Shown in pieces: positions 20,820-33,879 of a stretch of 64,000 nucleotides of DNA. Numbering within the stretch: position 1 is the first letter of the stretch; each line of letters opens with the position of its first letter. The position numbers and the translations under genes were made by a program. Source of the DNA: Epithemia pelagica. Its lineage: Eukaryota > Protista > Bacillariophyta. Where the stretch lies: the NCBI GenBank assembly GCA_946965045.2, contig OX337231.1:558001-622000 (forward strand), given 5' to 3'. Under the pieces are notes generated by a model. The model ran no database searches. It was not told where the DNA came from and was given only the letters and a program-made list of their open reading frames with translations.

Positions 20820-21900
20820 CTAGCTTGAATCTTGTTTTTTAAATTGTTGAGCGAATTCCATGAGACGTTCCACAGATTCACTCCGGTTCACATCCCCACC
20901 CTCTGATGAGACCAAAATACTGTCATCCTTCTCCTCCCCATTGCTCTTTTCATTGTCATTGTGGTCCATGAGGCTAATCTCTACAGGTGGCGACGGTGCA
21001 TTGTACCGACATCCCAATTGCTTTTGAATTTCGACACAAAAACTAACCACAGTGGTGCGACTTTCCTTGACGGGTCAAGCGATGTTGCAAGACGGCCATG
21101 TATTCGACAAAGTTTAATTGCGCCTCGACACGTGTGGTGCGGAACCCCAACATGGCTTGCCATTGTTGTGGTCGATCTTCGACAAACTTCTCCGCGGCCG
21201 TTCGAAAAATACCAATCATCGAATACGGCACATCGGTTCCGAACCGAACATACACATAGACGATGGGGTTGGGTGATCGATTCATGTTAATGAGGCGACA
21301 TCGCACAAGGGCACCGTTGGAGAAGCTCGCCACCTCATTGGTACCCATCAACCGAGCAGTCGTGGATACGAGATCAATGTTCTCAACTGGAGCCGTCCAG
21401 GTTGGGTGGATCGTCCCGCACAACACTTCGTTCACACCCCTTCCACTCTCTCTCTCTCTCGTAGTGTTTCATGGCAGCCCTGGTCAAGGCACTCCTACAC
21501 CACCTACTGTGAAGGCGCGGTGATGATTCTAGGTCGTCAATCCTATGACGTGAGGGACAAGATTGCTATTGCCAACGTGGATGATTACTGGAGGGACAAT
21601 AGAAATGGATACAACAAGATGGAGGACCGAAGGCACCATCGTCCAATCGAAGCAAAGAAAGCAAGGGAGTTGCCGGGTTCCCAACGGAGAACAACATGCA
21701 TGAGTCGCTGCTCGTTGGAGTCCAACAACCAATCCACTGATTTGGCCAGACAGCCGGATCGATGCCTCAATGAATGGCACTTCGTTTGGACGTCACGACA
21801 TTTCGTGGCCGTTTCGGAGGGCAAGAAAGATGATCCACTCGGTTCCCCTCCTATTTCTATCCACAACAATGACATCCAAGATCGCCATCGTCTTCCTTTT
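20820..21900 (-). pseudogene. MscS-family channel pseudogene with deletions, frameshifts and an internal inversion
   Basis: VENIDLVSTTARL..TNE.ASFSNGAL..RLINMNRSP...VEAQLNFVEY and SFCVEIQKQLGCRY.APS align to the intact paralogue. YCEGAVMILGRQSYDVRDKIAI (=YFEGILMVLARQPYDIGDRIAV) is on the opposite strand at ~21490-21580. Confidence 0.85.
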
Positions 21901-22521
21901 CGAGGCTGTCCTCACATTTTCGAAAACCACACTACACCGTCTCACACTCGTCTTTGTCTTGACCTCAACCACCGTCAAGTCATGCCAAAACGTTCCACTC
22001 AGAACAATGGTATAGATGCTAAACGAAAAGCACTCTCCTTCTTCTGCGACACCACAATACCGACCTACCGAACGCGTGCTGCACAATTCATGCCCATGTG
22101 TACATCAATATATCAATCTATCCAAGCGTGTAATGATGCTTCATGTGCCGAACTTCAGCACCATGACGAACAATGACGAATCATTCCCTGGGATAGCAAC
22201 CATTCCGATAGCACAAATTCCGCGACGCAACGACTCGCATTTGTGTGCTTCCACCACCGTATAAGACAGCTCCATGTTGTGGTTGGAAGAAGTCTTGGCA
22301 TCTAATCAAGTCCAAGTACATCTCAAAAGGCTCATCAATATCACTATCATCCTTTGTAATCAGCTCCATTCACCCGGCTACATAGTAGGTGGGAGGGGTG
22401 ATGCAGGTCGCTTCCTCTTGTGGTCGACACAGGTGAGCGAGTAGGCACAATTGGTGTGGAAGACAAGCGTCAAGTGCTGTGCATGTGTAGAAGAGCACCA
22501 GCTGTGATTCATCTTCATACC

Positions 22522-25500
22522 TTACACGGCTTTCTTTGATTCGAAAAGCTTTGCGTCCTCCATAAGCTTTTGAACGGGTGGCTCTGTTTCTTCCGTTTCC
22601 ATCACCGGCATTAACGAGGGTTCTCCACCTTCTTCTGGAGCATTCGTAGCATAGTCATTCTTGTTACCCGCCATGCGGATCTCCACTGGCATGGAAGGTG
22701 CTGTGTAATGGCAACCCAACTGTTTTTGACTTTCGACACAGAAACTTGCCACAGCGGCCTTGCTTTCCAATACAGGGATCAAGGATTGCCAAGACAACCG
22801 GTGCATCAATACTATACTGTATTCCACGTAATTCATTTGTGCCTCGACTCGAGTCGTTCGAAATCCTCGTATGGACTGCCATTCTTGCGGTCGATCTTCT
22901 ACAAACCGTTGCACCGTAGAACGGAAGATCAGAATAGTTGCGTAAGGAACACTCATTGAGAACCTGACTGGAACGTAGACAATCGAATCGGGAGACCGGT
23001 TCATGTTGATAATTCTCATTCGAGCCAGTGCCCCGTTGGAAAAGCTGGCTTCTTCGTTGGTTGCTGTCAAACGAGCGGTCGTTGTGACTAGATCAATACT
23101 TTCTACCAGCCAGTGGACACTGCCGTCCATATTAGGTGGCTCATCGACATCGGAGACAGCGATTCTGTCTCCAATATCATACGGCTGACGAGCTAGAACC
23201 ATCAAAATCCCCTCAAAATACTGAGCACTTGCTGGCCCAATCATGAAGGAAAAGGCGACGATTAAGCTGGATAACGACAAGACCAGAGTCAATACATCCA
23301 AACCCAAAATAGTGAGGCACACTGTCCCAAGAATCAGGTAAAAGAAAATATTGATGACACGTTCGTATCCTTTGTCAATGTCAGATGCATTATCAACAGC
23401 ATTTTCCAACAAGCGAACTTCTTTGTAGACGGCATCAATGGCCTTCGAGAATCCAATGGCGTTCATTCGCCCTTGGTGATCTGGATTTAAAAGGTCGATC
23501 ATGGTCAGCGCCTGTTGTATCTCCTCCGGATGATGACAGCCTCCATACATCCATCGCGTCAAATCGTGAAGACTAATGGAGGGGTCTGAAGTAGTGGTCT
23601 CCTCGTTCTCAATGGTTCGGTCCGTTCCATCCAGTTCGCGAGCGCCGGGATCCTGGTTTCCTCCTTCCGTTTCGTGTCCACCACTATCATCGTTTACATT
23701 CATGAGCTTGAGCAATCTGCGAAACACGCGATCGGACGACTCGATGCATTCGTGTCGAGAGTCGACCGGACCAAAGGCACTCGTGAAAACATACGGACGT
23801 GTCATGACTGCAAAAGTCTGTCGAAACTCAATGATATTGCTCCCTGATACTTCTTGCCCATTTCTGTTTTTCTTGCGGGGTTCAAGCCATTGATCCATTT
23901 GTTGTTCTAGGGCCTCTACCCGTTTGTTCTTCTCCTTTTCCTTTGAGCCAGATTCCTTTTTACTATATACCCGATGAGATGGTTCCGGTTCAGGGACTGG
24001 TCGTTTTGCTGCCCAAGATTTGGCTCTAGACTCTGTGAAATGTCCTGATGTGGAAGATTTGTTCAAGTGTTCATTCTTGGCTCCTGCTCCACCTTCTGCC
24101 GAGGACATCCAGTCCTTGAATGTTATTCTCTCATCACGCGTCCGTCGTGTCCAGAGCGCCAGCTCACTGACAAGAAGGACCTTGTGCATGGTGTCCAGAA
24201 GTCGATCATTGAAGCGAGCTGCCGGATCAAGTCAGTCGATGAAGTGAGTGTCTAAAGTAACCGTTCAAGGGCATCCCAGTCGCATGTCACTGTACGTACT
24301 GTATAATCGTCGTCCCAGATACAGGCCTATCCAATATCGTTTCAGTGCGACACATGCCCCCACAACCGCGGCTGTGATCAGACAACCCCGAAACCATGCA
24401 CTCGTAGTGACTTCTCCACTAGGATTCTCCTTGTTGAACATGGCAATGCCATCCTGGAAAAACAGCCAATGGTTGGGAAAGGCCCCTTCCCCATACAAAA
24501 ACGCTGAGGCCCAGACAGCCCACCAAAACAAAATGGAGGGCCACCCTTTGCTCTGTAGAATTACCAGCGAGACACGTGGCCCCAACAATCGGACCACACG
24601 GGGATGTTGCAAGACAATGTAATCAATCACAAAGACATCGGTTGCCCGAGCCAACAGAAACACAAGAACGTGGCGTACACCAAGAAACAACACCCACCAG
24701 GAAACGGAAGCGATTGGCTCACTATTTCGATAGCCACAGGAACTATCTACCACTACGGTGTCGTCGCCTTCTATAAACGGCACGGGAGTACCAGGAGGTG
24801 TCACTCCTCCTTCACAACGCCCCGTCTGAAATGGATCAACATAAAAAATGGATTTAAAGTCAATCATCGCGAACGAGATATTCTCGAGGGATCACCCTAT
24901 CCATCTGGTACGTACCGGTGGATTGTCAACGCCATAAAATAAAATGGTTGCGGTCGCCAGGGCTGGAAGAATCAAGAGGACCAAAAAGAGCGTGATTTCT
25001 TGCCGCAAGGTGGCCCGTTTGGGCCGGAAAAAGTCTTGCATCGATTTGTATTCCTGCACCGTGGCGGTCCAGGAATTTTTGGCGTGTCGTTGTCCTTGTG
25101 CGGGAAGTGCACGCCAGGCACCTTGGATCTGGGCAAAATAGGTGGAATACCTACCATGCGGTGCCTCCTGATCCGACGACGCATGGGAGGATGGATCGAC
25201 ACCTTCTTCGGCCATTTCGGGAGAGCGACTGTGCAAGGACGACGGCGGCATGGCGACTAGATCAGAGCTCATGGCACCACCTGCTGTACTACTGGACGCA
25301 TGCTTCCTCCTTTGGCCCAACTTGGGAAAGAGGGGGACCACAGCTGCTCTCCGAAGAATGGGTGCCGCCATCATGATTCGATCGGCTGCATCCAAGACTT
25401 CCAAACGATCTGCAGAGTAGTGCGACGATTGGTGCGACATGGAAGCGTCGTTGGGATGTTGCGTACTGCCAATGCCTCCAAAACTGCTTTGGTGGCCATT

Positions 25501-26079
25501 GGCTCCTCCTCGGTTATCATCCATTGGATCTTCGTCGGCGGCGACGTGTTCCGGATCATCAGCACTACCATTCACGTTGGCGGCCGGTGCTCCTTGATTG
25601 TATAATTTCATAGTGATTGCCATGGCCTGTGTGGCAGAAATAATGTTCTCTTGTCTTGGAACATTATGTTGTTTGCCCAGCAACGAACCTGCAAATGAGC
25701 TGTTGTTGATGGATGTAAGGAGAGAAGGCGCCTCTTCGCTTCGTGGAATTTCTCCTCCTGGAGGAACCTGACGCTGTCGACGAGCACTCTCCAGGGCGGC
25801 CAAAAGATGAGCTTCGGCTTCCTCTTCGTGGAACCGAGGTGATCCGGTTGTGGTTGCTGCTGTTGCCGACACGGTGGCTGCTTCGGCTCCTGCCAGAGGA
25901 CTGCTGGAAGTACTTGCGGAGGTGAGAAAGGTGTCCACATTCAGAACCTCTGGAGCAAGTGTTGGGCCTAAGGATTCTGGGATGTTGTCATCGTTCTCGT
26001 CCAAAGGTGCAACCTTAACGGGCTCTTCTTCCTCCTTTTTCATCACCCGAGATTCGTCTTCGGAGGACGACAAAGGCAT
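22522..26079 (-). CDS. Mechanosensitive channel of small conductance (MscS-like), 3 exons (26079-24916, 24825-24300, 24218-22522), ~1128 aa
   Basis: GT-AG introns 24826-24915 and 24219-24299 join one frame; TM helices, F...PYDIGDRI, INMNRS MscS core. Confidence 0.9.
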
Positions 26080-27012
26080 GACGATGAAGATGATAGTCGA
26101 GAGTCCACACGACACTCGGTCACAACACTCGTTTCTTGCTCCTCCACCTGCGACTGTCGCTTCAATAAAATAGACTAAAGAGGTTGGTAATAGGGAGTCT
26201 TGGGGATGAACTTTTGGTCGTCGATCCAAAATATATCTCGTACCGGACGAAATAGTGAGATTGGGCGCAACTCTTCCGTCAGTCCCACAAAAAATCTTGC
26301 CGTTCACGAATCACGAACGCTTTCTGAAAGTCTGCAAGAAACGGGTAGCCATTTGCCAACAACCGCTAGGAAATGTCGGATGAAGCCGACCATGACGCGA
26401 CCTCATCGTCGCTTAAGAACACACTGCACGGGTTATATCATCTTCTCTCCCACCATGTTGTCGGCAATGCTGTGTTGTCTCTTTGGTTTTGAGTTGTCTT
26501 TTGAAATTCCCCCATGAGCATGAATGACGCGAGTTTCCCCTGTACATTCCTGGCGGAGCAGTTGCTGCCACCACCGGTCTCTCTCTCCTCTACACCCGGC
26601 AATACAAAGCGCTTGGAGGTCTTTGTGCAGAAGGAAACAACCATCAACGGTTCTTGTGAAGGAATGAACTTTATGAAAAGACGTGTTAGTTGGATTGCTC
26701 TGCTTCGACAATGCTCCTATCCAGGAAAAAACAAGGTATTCGTACGATGTCGCTCCCGAAAACGAATGTACCGTGACGCTGTCGGCTTGACGGATCGACA
26801 TACTTGCAAGCATTGACAACTGCAGTCGTCCTGACTACGATTTTTCCTTTCTTTCATTGTGTTGTAACACAAGAGCAAGGATCGTCCTTGGTACATTCCA
26901 AACTCTTCCTAATATTTCACGCGCACACTGAGAGACGTTATTGTGTCACGCTGTGCACCTCCACGCGCAGGAAAAAAGGAAGAATCGTTCCTTCTTGGAA
27001 GGTTGAGACCAC

Positions 27013-28122
27013 ATGGCGCAGTCTACCGTGTTACCACCCACCTCTCTCGACACGAGGCAAAACCACACACAAGTGTCGTCCAACAGTGGAACCAAGTCAT
27101 TCATCCTGCCATTGTCCAGACCACATCCGATGGAGAGCACGAATAACGCTCATCCTCGCCGCCGAGCAACCCCCTCGACCAAGATGCGGCGAGTGTCCTT
27201 GCGATTCTTGTGGTGTTTGGGAAGTTCATCTCGACGCGACAAGAGCAAAGGAGGAGGAGGAACCCCCAAATCACACTCAGCTTCGAATAGTTCGGCCGAC
27301 AAGGCGATGACAACAGTGAAGGGTCTCAAGGGTTCACCCGTTCCTTCTGTTTCTTCCGAGAGTTGCAGCAAGAGCGAAAGTACTAACCAAGAACGTCATG
27401 TCCGAGTTGTCAGCAGTGGGTCACAGGAACGAGTCCTCCTCGAAGACACGGGTGGAGCAGCGGCATCTTCACCATCTCCCAACGTGGCTGTTACGACAAC
27501 GCATGCGACTGGTCACCATGTGACATGGAATGTCCGTTCCCCAGCGGCTGCTGGTACCAAGTCATATGTTCGGACCCCTTACCACCATTACAATCCAGGT
27601 GAAACTCCCAACAACTCCCCTGATACCAGCGCAATCGGCATGAAACGGAACAGTACATCTGAGAGCAACATCATTGCATCCCCCGAAACCAAAGAACTGG
27701 AGAACCGAGACGAGAAGGACTCCCACCGCATCCATGCGGCCCTCGAGAAACGCTTATCGTCTCTTTGTGATGAAACGGATGAGAAGAATGCCAACGACAC
27801 GCAAACACTGGAGAGAGCTGGCCGATCCCTTTCAGTCGAGACAGTGACACCCACAGACACCCAGCGTCGTAACAACAACCACTTTATGAGTCCCATTCCA
27901 ACCATGGGTGAGGGAGCCTTTGTCGCTACACAAGCCTCAACTCCTGGTTCGCCAATTCAACTCTCCTTGGCTCCTTCCTTGGTGGAATTCTTTCGTTCGG
28001 AACTTCGTCCCCTATTGCTCAAAGAGGCAACCGAACCCTTAGAGCAAGAAATTGCTCGCCTTCAAACGATCAATACCGAGCTCGCAAAGGAAAACTCCAA
28101 ACTCCGATCCCAACAACAGTAG
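27013..28122 (+). CDS. Hypothetical S/T-rich protein with C-terminal coiled coil
   Basis: 369-aa ORF; heptad-like tail LEQEIARLQTINTELAKENSKLRSQQQ. Confidence 0.6.
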   Translation: MAQSTVLPPTSLDTRQNHTQVSSNSGTKSFILPLSRPHPMESTNNAHPRRRATPSTKMRRVSLRFLWCLGSSSRRDKSKGGGGTPKSHSASNSSADKAMTTVKGLKGSPVPSVSSESCSKSESTNQERHVRVVSSGSQERVLLEDTGGAAASSPSPNVAVTTTHATGHHVTWNVRSPAAAGTKSYVRTPYHHYNPGETPNNSPDTSAIGMKRNSTSESNIIASPETKELENRDEKDSHRIHAALEKRLSSLCDETDEKNANDTQTLERAGRSLSVETVTPTDTQRRNNNHFMSPIPTMGEGAFVATQASTPGSPIQLSLAPSLVEFFRSELRPLLLKEATEPLEQEIARLQTINTELAKENSKLRSQQQ

Positions 28123-28807
28123 TTGCCATGAGACCCAAGAGCATTCCTGTTCCACTCGTCGGTTTTCAGTGATTCGTCTCCCTTGATTTTCAGTAACGTT
28201 TATATCCATGGCGTACACATTTCCTCGTTTCCAAAGCATGGTGGTGCCTATCTATTCTATCATTTTCTTGGGCCATGTGAACGTAGCATAAAATAGCTCT
28301 TGGCGAAAACGTTCGTCTACCACACTTCTAGAGTTCTAGTGAACATGTGAACATGCTCATACGTTTTCTAGCAACGTTGTGACAACCATGAATGCCCCGA
28401 CGACATCATGGTTGTCTTGACAACCTGCCGAAGCTCAACGGCCTTTCGCAGCTCATAGCATAGGGCTTACGGCTCACCATTCATAGTAAGGTTAGGATTA
28501 TCATGCATTTCCAAATCTCAGCGTTTTGGTGTAGCTATTTGATTAACGACAGAGAGGGAATTGCCCTCTATGGCTGTGGAGGTGTATGGAGGTGTAGCAC
28601 ATGCGAATCGAATCCTTTCTTGACGACGGTGTGTGGAGAGAAAGAATCGGTGAAGGCAGAAGAGCACTGGAACGGAAGGTTGAACACTTTCGTTACCCAG
28701 AGAGCTTTCACTTGTACACAAAGCGGCAAAAGTGCACTCACATTTGATCAACTTGCCTTTGTGAGAACAAAAGTTCATTTCGTGCACGACCTACTACTTG
28801 CGGTTCC

Positions 28808-29452
28808 GTGTTACCAGAGAGGCGGATGATTATGATTCCACCAACCGACTCTGCTCATCTCCACAAGAAGGAAGATTTGGCCTTTTGTGTCGTGTGGTCT
28901 CCCTTACCACCCATTACATGGTTGATTCCGGTCATTGGTCATTTGGGTATTTGCGACAGCCATGGTGTGGCTTCCGACTTTCGAGGACCGTATTTTGTGG
29001 GAGACGACGGCAACATGGCATTCGGTGCACCAACACGGGCCGTCTGCTTTGGACCACCACGGATGAATGAGGGAACTGGAGAAGATTCGGAGAACGACAA
29101 TTACACGCGCCTGTGGGATCGGTCGATTCAAGAAGCCAATGAAGTGTATCGGGGACGAATGCACAATATTTGTTGCGACAATTGCCACTCCCACGTGGCA
29201 AATGCCTTGAATCGAATGAGCTCCCGATTAACCACAACAACAGGAACAACATCAAGCAGAAGCAAAAAGACAAACGGTTCCAGCAGTGGCAACCAAGTGC
29301 TGGTGACTCTCACGAACTGGGATATGGTGAAATTGGCCTTTTTGCTATTTTTCAAAGGGCGCTTTCTATCCTGGTATGCAATCTACGCTCAATTTGGGCC
29401 GTTTATAGTCTTGGTACTGATTCTGACATTGACCCTGACATTGACAAAATAA
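28808..29452 (+). CDS. TMEM222: TMEM222 / RTE1-like membrane protein
   Basis: CVVWSPLPPITW.IP.IGH.GI.DS.G...DF.GPY.V.DD.MAFGAPTR...WD..I..AN..Y..RMHN..CDNCHSHVA.ALN signature. Confidence 0.9.
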   Translation: MLPERRMIMIPPTDSAHLHKKEDLAFCVVWSPLPPITWLIPVIGHLGICDSHGVASDFRGPYFVGDDGNMAFGAPTRAVCFGPPRMNEGTGEDSENDNYTRLWDRSIQEANEVYRGRMHNICCDNCHSHVANALNRMSSRLTTTTGTTSSRSKKTNGSSSGNQVLVTLTNWDMVKLAFLLFFKGRFLSWYAIYAQFGPFIVLVLILTLTLTLTK

Positions 29453-30737
29453 ATCCTCGTCACGACCATTGACAGAGCGAGAAGCAATGGTTGGCTTGAA
29501 GACAACACCACTTAATTTTGGAGGACGCGAATCACTCCCATACGGCAATGTTCGGTCGTTATTCCCAAGGAAAAACAGGATACAGAGCTCACTTTGACCT
29601 TGTATTAGCTGCCTTATCTCATTTTCTCGGCCATGGCAGTTGGACCAAACCCAAGTAGGAGCCTGTTCTATTGAGAACTGACAAAAGTGGATTGATTGCG
29701 GGAAGACAGAGCCTGCATTCTCATTTGTAATATGACATGGTGGACTCAAGGGTCGATTTCTATGGTTATGAGATACTCCTATACTCTTCCTCCCATTATG
29801 AATATTAATGTGCTACCTAGGTACCATAGGTCTCTCCCTCATAAAAAGTTCTTCAGATTTTCTTGTGCTAATTATTTTGTTTATTAGTCTTGCAGCTTTG
29901 CAATGGAACCCGGCCTGCGCGCATGGCACACATGATTTGGATGAGCCATAGATATTTAGCAAGCGACATGCGTACGACACGTGCGCATGATTGCGCTTGT
30001 TCTACTCAGTCGCACGCGACTCAAGCGCTTTCTTCGTTTTCGGTCGAATCCGGACCGACCGATAAGGTATATAACTATTACATAATACATTGACGGACAC
30101 CTGAAACTACCCAGATGTCGAATTTCAAATCCTCGGGTGGAGCAACTGGAACATTCCTTCGGCTGTACCACGTTTGGCTGACGCTCCTCTTCGCACGAAT
30201 TAAAGAAGTGGAACAGACAGAAGAGAATGGCTTCCGTGGAGGACTCTGGAGAATTGTATGATGGTGGGACATGGACGTGGGACTTGTCCATTGTTTTGAT
30301 TGAGCGTTGAGTCTTGTTTTATTCGGAGGAAGAAAGATCCCTCCTTCGTTTCTTGATCTTTAATGAAAGGTATTTCCGGCTTATTGTTTGAAGCTTGCCT
30401 TAAAATTATTAGGAGGAAAGGGATGGCGCACTGATCCGTTGGGAATACGCGCGCGCCTGGTGATCCAAACGTCAGTGACGCAGAGTGAGTGCTTGTTCTG
30501 TGCGGCACGAGTTCCCGGCACGAGTGCGAACCGATTCGGGTCTATGTGGCTTTGTCGGAGTGCACGTTCTCTCGCTCCTGTAATCAAACTCTAAAGATCG
30601 CGGCATACCATAACTGGCTCCGCGGGGATCCAAAGCAAGCACCTCCTTGGTCATCGAGTGTGTTGCAAGGCGATGCTTTTTTAATCGTTACTATTCTACT
30701 AGAGTTGAGTGAGAAGAAGAAGATCCGGAGTGGTCCC

Positions 30738-31970
30738 ATGGATGAAAAGAATCCTCGTGGTGGTGGCGATGAAGACGAAAGCGACGAGGCTGGAGGCCAT
30801 CACGCAACCAAGAAGTCAGAGCGAAAGCGTCAGAGAGAAAAAGATAGGAGGAAGGAAGAGAAGGAAGCATTTGCCGAACTTGGGCAAGCCATTGCACTGG
30901 TCGAACCAGAAGATAGTCAGGAAGGAACTGATCTTGTTAACATTGATGGATCAAGCCTGACCCGGATTGATCTTATAGGCAGAGCATGTGATGTTATTCG
31001 GAAGTTGCTTGCGGACAATGCTTCCCTCAAAAGAGCGAAAGGGAACTCTGGAGAAAAGAAGGTAGGTAGTGATGTGGTGACTGAGGGGGCGAAGGTTGAA
31101 CTTTTTCATCATGCTTTTGGAAGAAGTGTTCTTACTTTATGAACATCAATTTGCAATGATCAGGAAGTTCTAGTTATGGTTCCCAGTCTTCAACCTGCCT
31201 CGGATGCGGGAGGTGGCGGAGCTCGAGCTCCATATCAGCACGCCTACTACCCACAACATGCCGCACAACAAAGGGATGTCTCCCACCATAGGGCCTCCAC
31301 AACAGGGACTCATCATCAATCGCCGACTTCGTCATCGGTCTATCCACCCCATGCCTCTGCCGCAGCCTCGGTTTCCCCCGAAGAGAGACGCGAACATGCA
31401 GGGACACAATCGGTGCCGCCACATGCAACCCATACTTCGACAAGCAGAGCCGCGGCCGCAGGAGGACCGGCGGCACCGACACCGGTTCCTCCCCACAGTT
31501 ACGGGTATCCTCTCCATTGGGGCGCTGCGGCTACGGCTGCATCGTCAGTACATTTGTATCACCCAGCATCCCTACAGGCGCCTCAAAGTCCGTACAGTAG
31601 CAGTGGCACAGTGGATCGCAGTCCTCCTCCTCCACAGACCGGTGCTCCAGTTACCTATGGCGCTGCGGGGGATCGTGGTCCTCCAACGGCTGTCGGCCCT
31701 CCTCCTCCATACACAACGGCCTATCCGTATGGGCAAGGACAGCCCCATCAAGCGGCTGGAATCACCTCCTATCTACAGGCACCACCACCACCTCCACATT
31801 CCGCAGCACCCCCTCCCTCCTATGCGTCTCATCCACATCAACTGCAGGCTCCTCCTCCGTCTTCGACACATGGTCCACCCTCCTGGTCAGCATCCTCGGG
31901 CGGTGGTCCGCACGCGTCATCTTCTCCGTCAGAGGGGAAAGGGTCCGAGTCCAAACCTCCCAAGGCGTAA
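30738..31970 (+). CDS. bHLH-like transcription factor with Pro/His-rich tail; intron 31062-31163
   Basis: Basic region KKSERKRQREKDRR, helix 1 AFAELGQAI, helix 2 TRIDLIGRACDVIRKL. A phase-0 GT-AG intron links to EVLVMVP and the P/H-rich exon. Confidence 0.75.
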
Positions 31971-32389
31971 GCATAAATGAGGTGGTGGCTCATGTGATGT
32001 GACATGTCACTCTGTCTGTCCAAATAGGACATGCTCCACGCGTTGTTTGTATCCAGATTCATGTATTTCTACATTGTTACGCCGCAGTACATTACGCACT
32101 CTTTCTCATGGATATTGTTTCACACATAAAGGATGTTGTTTGGGGTCTCAACACAATAATGCTATCCCCCTCGGACCTGCTGAAAAGGACAAAACGCGTG
32201 AGTGGAAAACGCGTGAATGGTCAACACTAGGAAATGCTTGTGTTTGCACCCAAACAACTGTCCAAGCAACTGTCCTCTCACGGATATGCACAATGGCGGT
32301 TTTATATGAACAGAGTTGTTTTTGAATGTACTCTAAAGCTTCATTTTTGTATCTTATACATCGTATTTCGCTTCCCAATATTGTGATCA

Positions 32390-33460
32390 TCATTCCTTCT
32401 CATGGTTGTGGTCATGATGCTGATCGAAAAATGCCTTGATCCCAAAATAGGTGGTCGCAATCACGGAAGGAACATAGAAAAATGCCAAGGGTCGGAAATA
32501 GAGGAGATAGCGACGATCATGTCCAAAGATAAATCGTTGAACCAATAAGGCAAGCCAGCGAAACATCATATGGCCATAGTTCCGGTAAAAGGTCATGTGA
32601 TTGTTGTAAAAGGCCAACATGACAATAATGGAGGTAATCAACGATCCTCCAATAAATTGGTCCATGTATCGGGCATCTTGATGATTGCGTTTGCTGCTCT
32701 CTTTGTCGGCACCACGTTGTGGCACAATGTGTCCCAGTGCAATCGCAGCCATCCAATTGAACAAGCCTTGCAAAAAGGTGATTCGGGAGGTTAGATATTC
32801 CAATTCAAAATTTTCCTTGAGATATTGCAAGGGCGTTGTACTGGCTGTGACGGGCACAATTTCGTCCATGGCATCCAAGGTTCGACTCAACAGCATGGTA
32901 CCAGTGACAGTGGTGACAAAAATACTAATCATTTCCAAGGCAAAAGCACTTAGTAACAAGACTCGAGTCAGCCGACGTCCAAATCGAATCCACCAAAGAG
33001 TTTTGTTTGAGATTCGTGGACTTTGGTTGGTCGTTTTCGAATCACTGTCCTCCTCTTCCTCGTCATCATCCTCCAGGGCTCCACTTCCAATGTATTCGTA
33101 CATGGTGGCAATAACAGCACCGGCCACCAAGGCACTGGGAGCACCCAAATTCACACACCAATCGTAGGCACTAGAGACATTGTCTGCAATTTCTCCAGCC
33201 TCGCCACTCGAAGCAACCACGGCAGCGGCAGCTTTGCCGCCACCACCGCGAATCCATGACCCTGTCGTCATCAGCCACGAATGGGCTTGCAACTGTGTGG
33301 AAGCTTGCCTAGAAGAAGATCTTGTCAAAAGAGGAGTAAAAGCAGCAGGGAAATGGGGACCTGTGATAGAAGTCGTTGGGTGGACCACAAAGGCGTCGAC
33401 TGGAAAGAGTAGCAGGTTTAGCAACCCCATCACGAGCCAAACGGACCGCGTTCGCCTCAT
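32390..33460 (-). CDS. Conserved hypothetical multi-pass membrane protein, probably plastid-targeted
   Basis: Signal peptide ending VDA-FVV (ASAFAP-like bipartite motif), S/T-rich transit-like region, several hydrophobic helices. Confidence 0.7.
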   Translation of the reverse strand: MRRTRSVWLVMGLLNLLLFPVDAFVVHPTTSITGPHFPAAFTPLLTRSSSRQASTQLQAHSWLMTTGSWIRGGGGKAAAAVVASSGEAGEIADNVSSAYDWCVNLGAPSALVAGAVIATMYEYIGSGALEDDDEEEEDSDSKTTNQSPRISNKTLWWIRFGRRLTRVLLLSAFALEMISIFVTTVTGTMLLSRTLDAMDEIVPVTASTTPLQYLKENFELEYLTSRITFLQGLFNWMAAIALGHIVPQRGADKESSKRNHQDARYMDQFIGGSLITSIIVMLAFYNNHMTFYRNYGHMMFRWLALLVQRFIFGHDRRYLLYFRPLAFFYVPSVIATTYFGIKAFFDQHHDHNHEKE

Positions 33461-33879
33461 CGTTCACCGTCTGCAGCGTGTTGCTCTCATCATACCACAA
33501 TTGTCAAGTCCACGGAGGACATTCGTCGTCTGGGATCGCATCGACCTGATCAATGTCAACAAGCGGCATCTGTTTTGGTTTCGCAAGATTCAAGATACCA
33601 AATTCCAGCGTGAATCCTTTTACTTTTCAGTTGATAGAATCATCATTCCGAGGCCAAGAGCGCCTGGGTGTTGAAAAAGATACCTTTGCGCCGGCACGAC
33701 TATCCCTAATCCTAATTCCCATGCAAAAGGCAATCCCATGTGCGCGGAAGCGTGCCAGCCAAAACAAGCTTCGGTCATCTTCATGTTGAAGTGTGAATGT
33801 AATCAGCAGAATCACTTTTTATGCTACCACTCTCTATGTTATGCGAGATTGTTCAGGACATATGGCTTGATGGGTCCGT

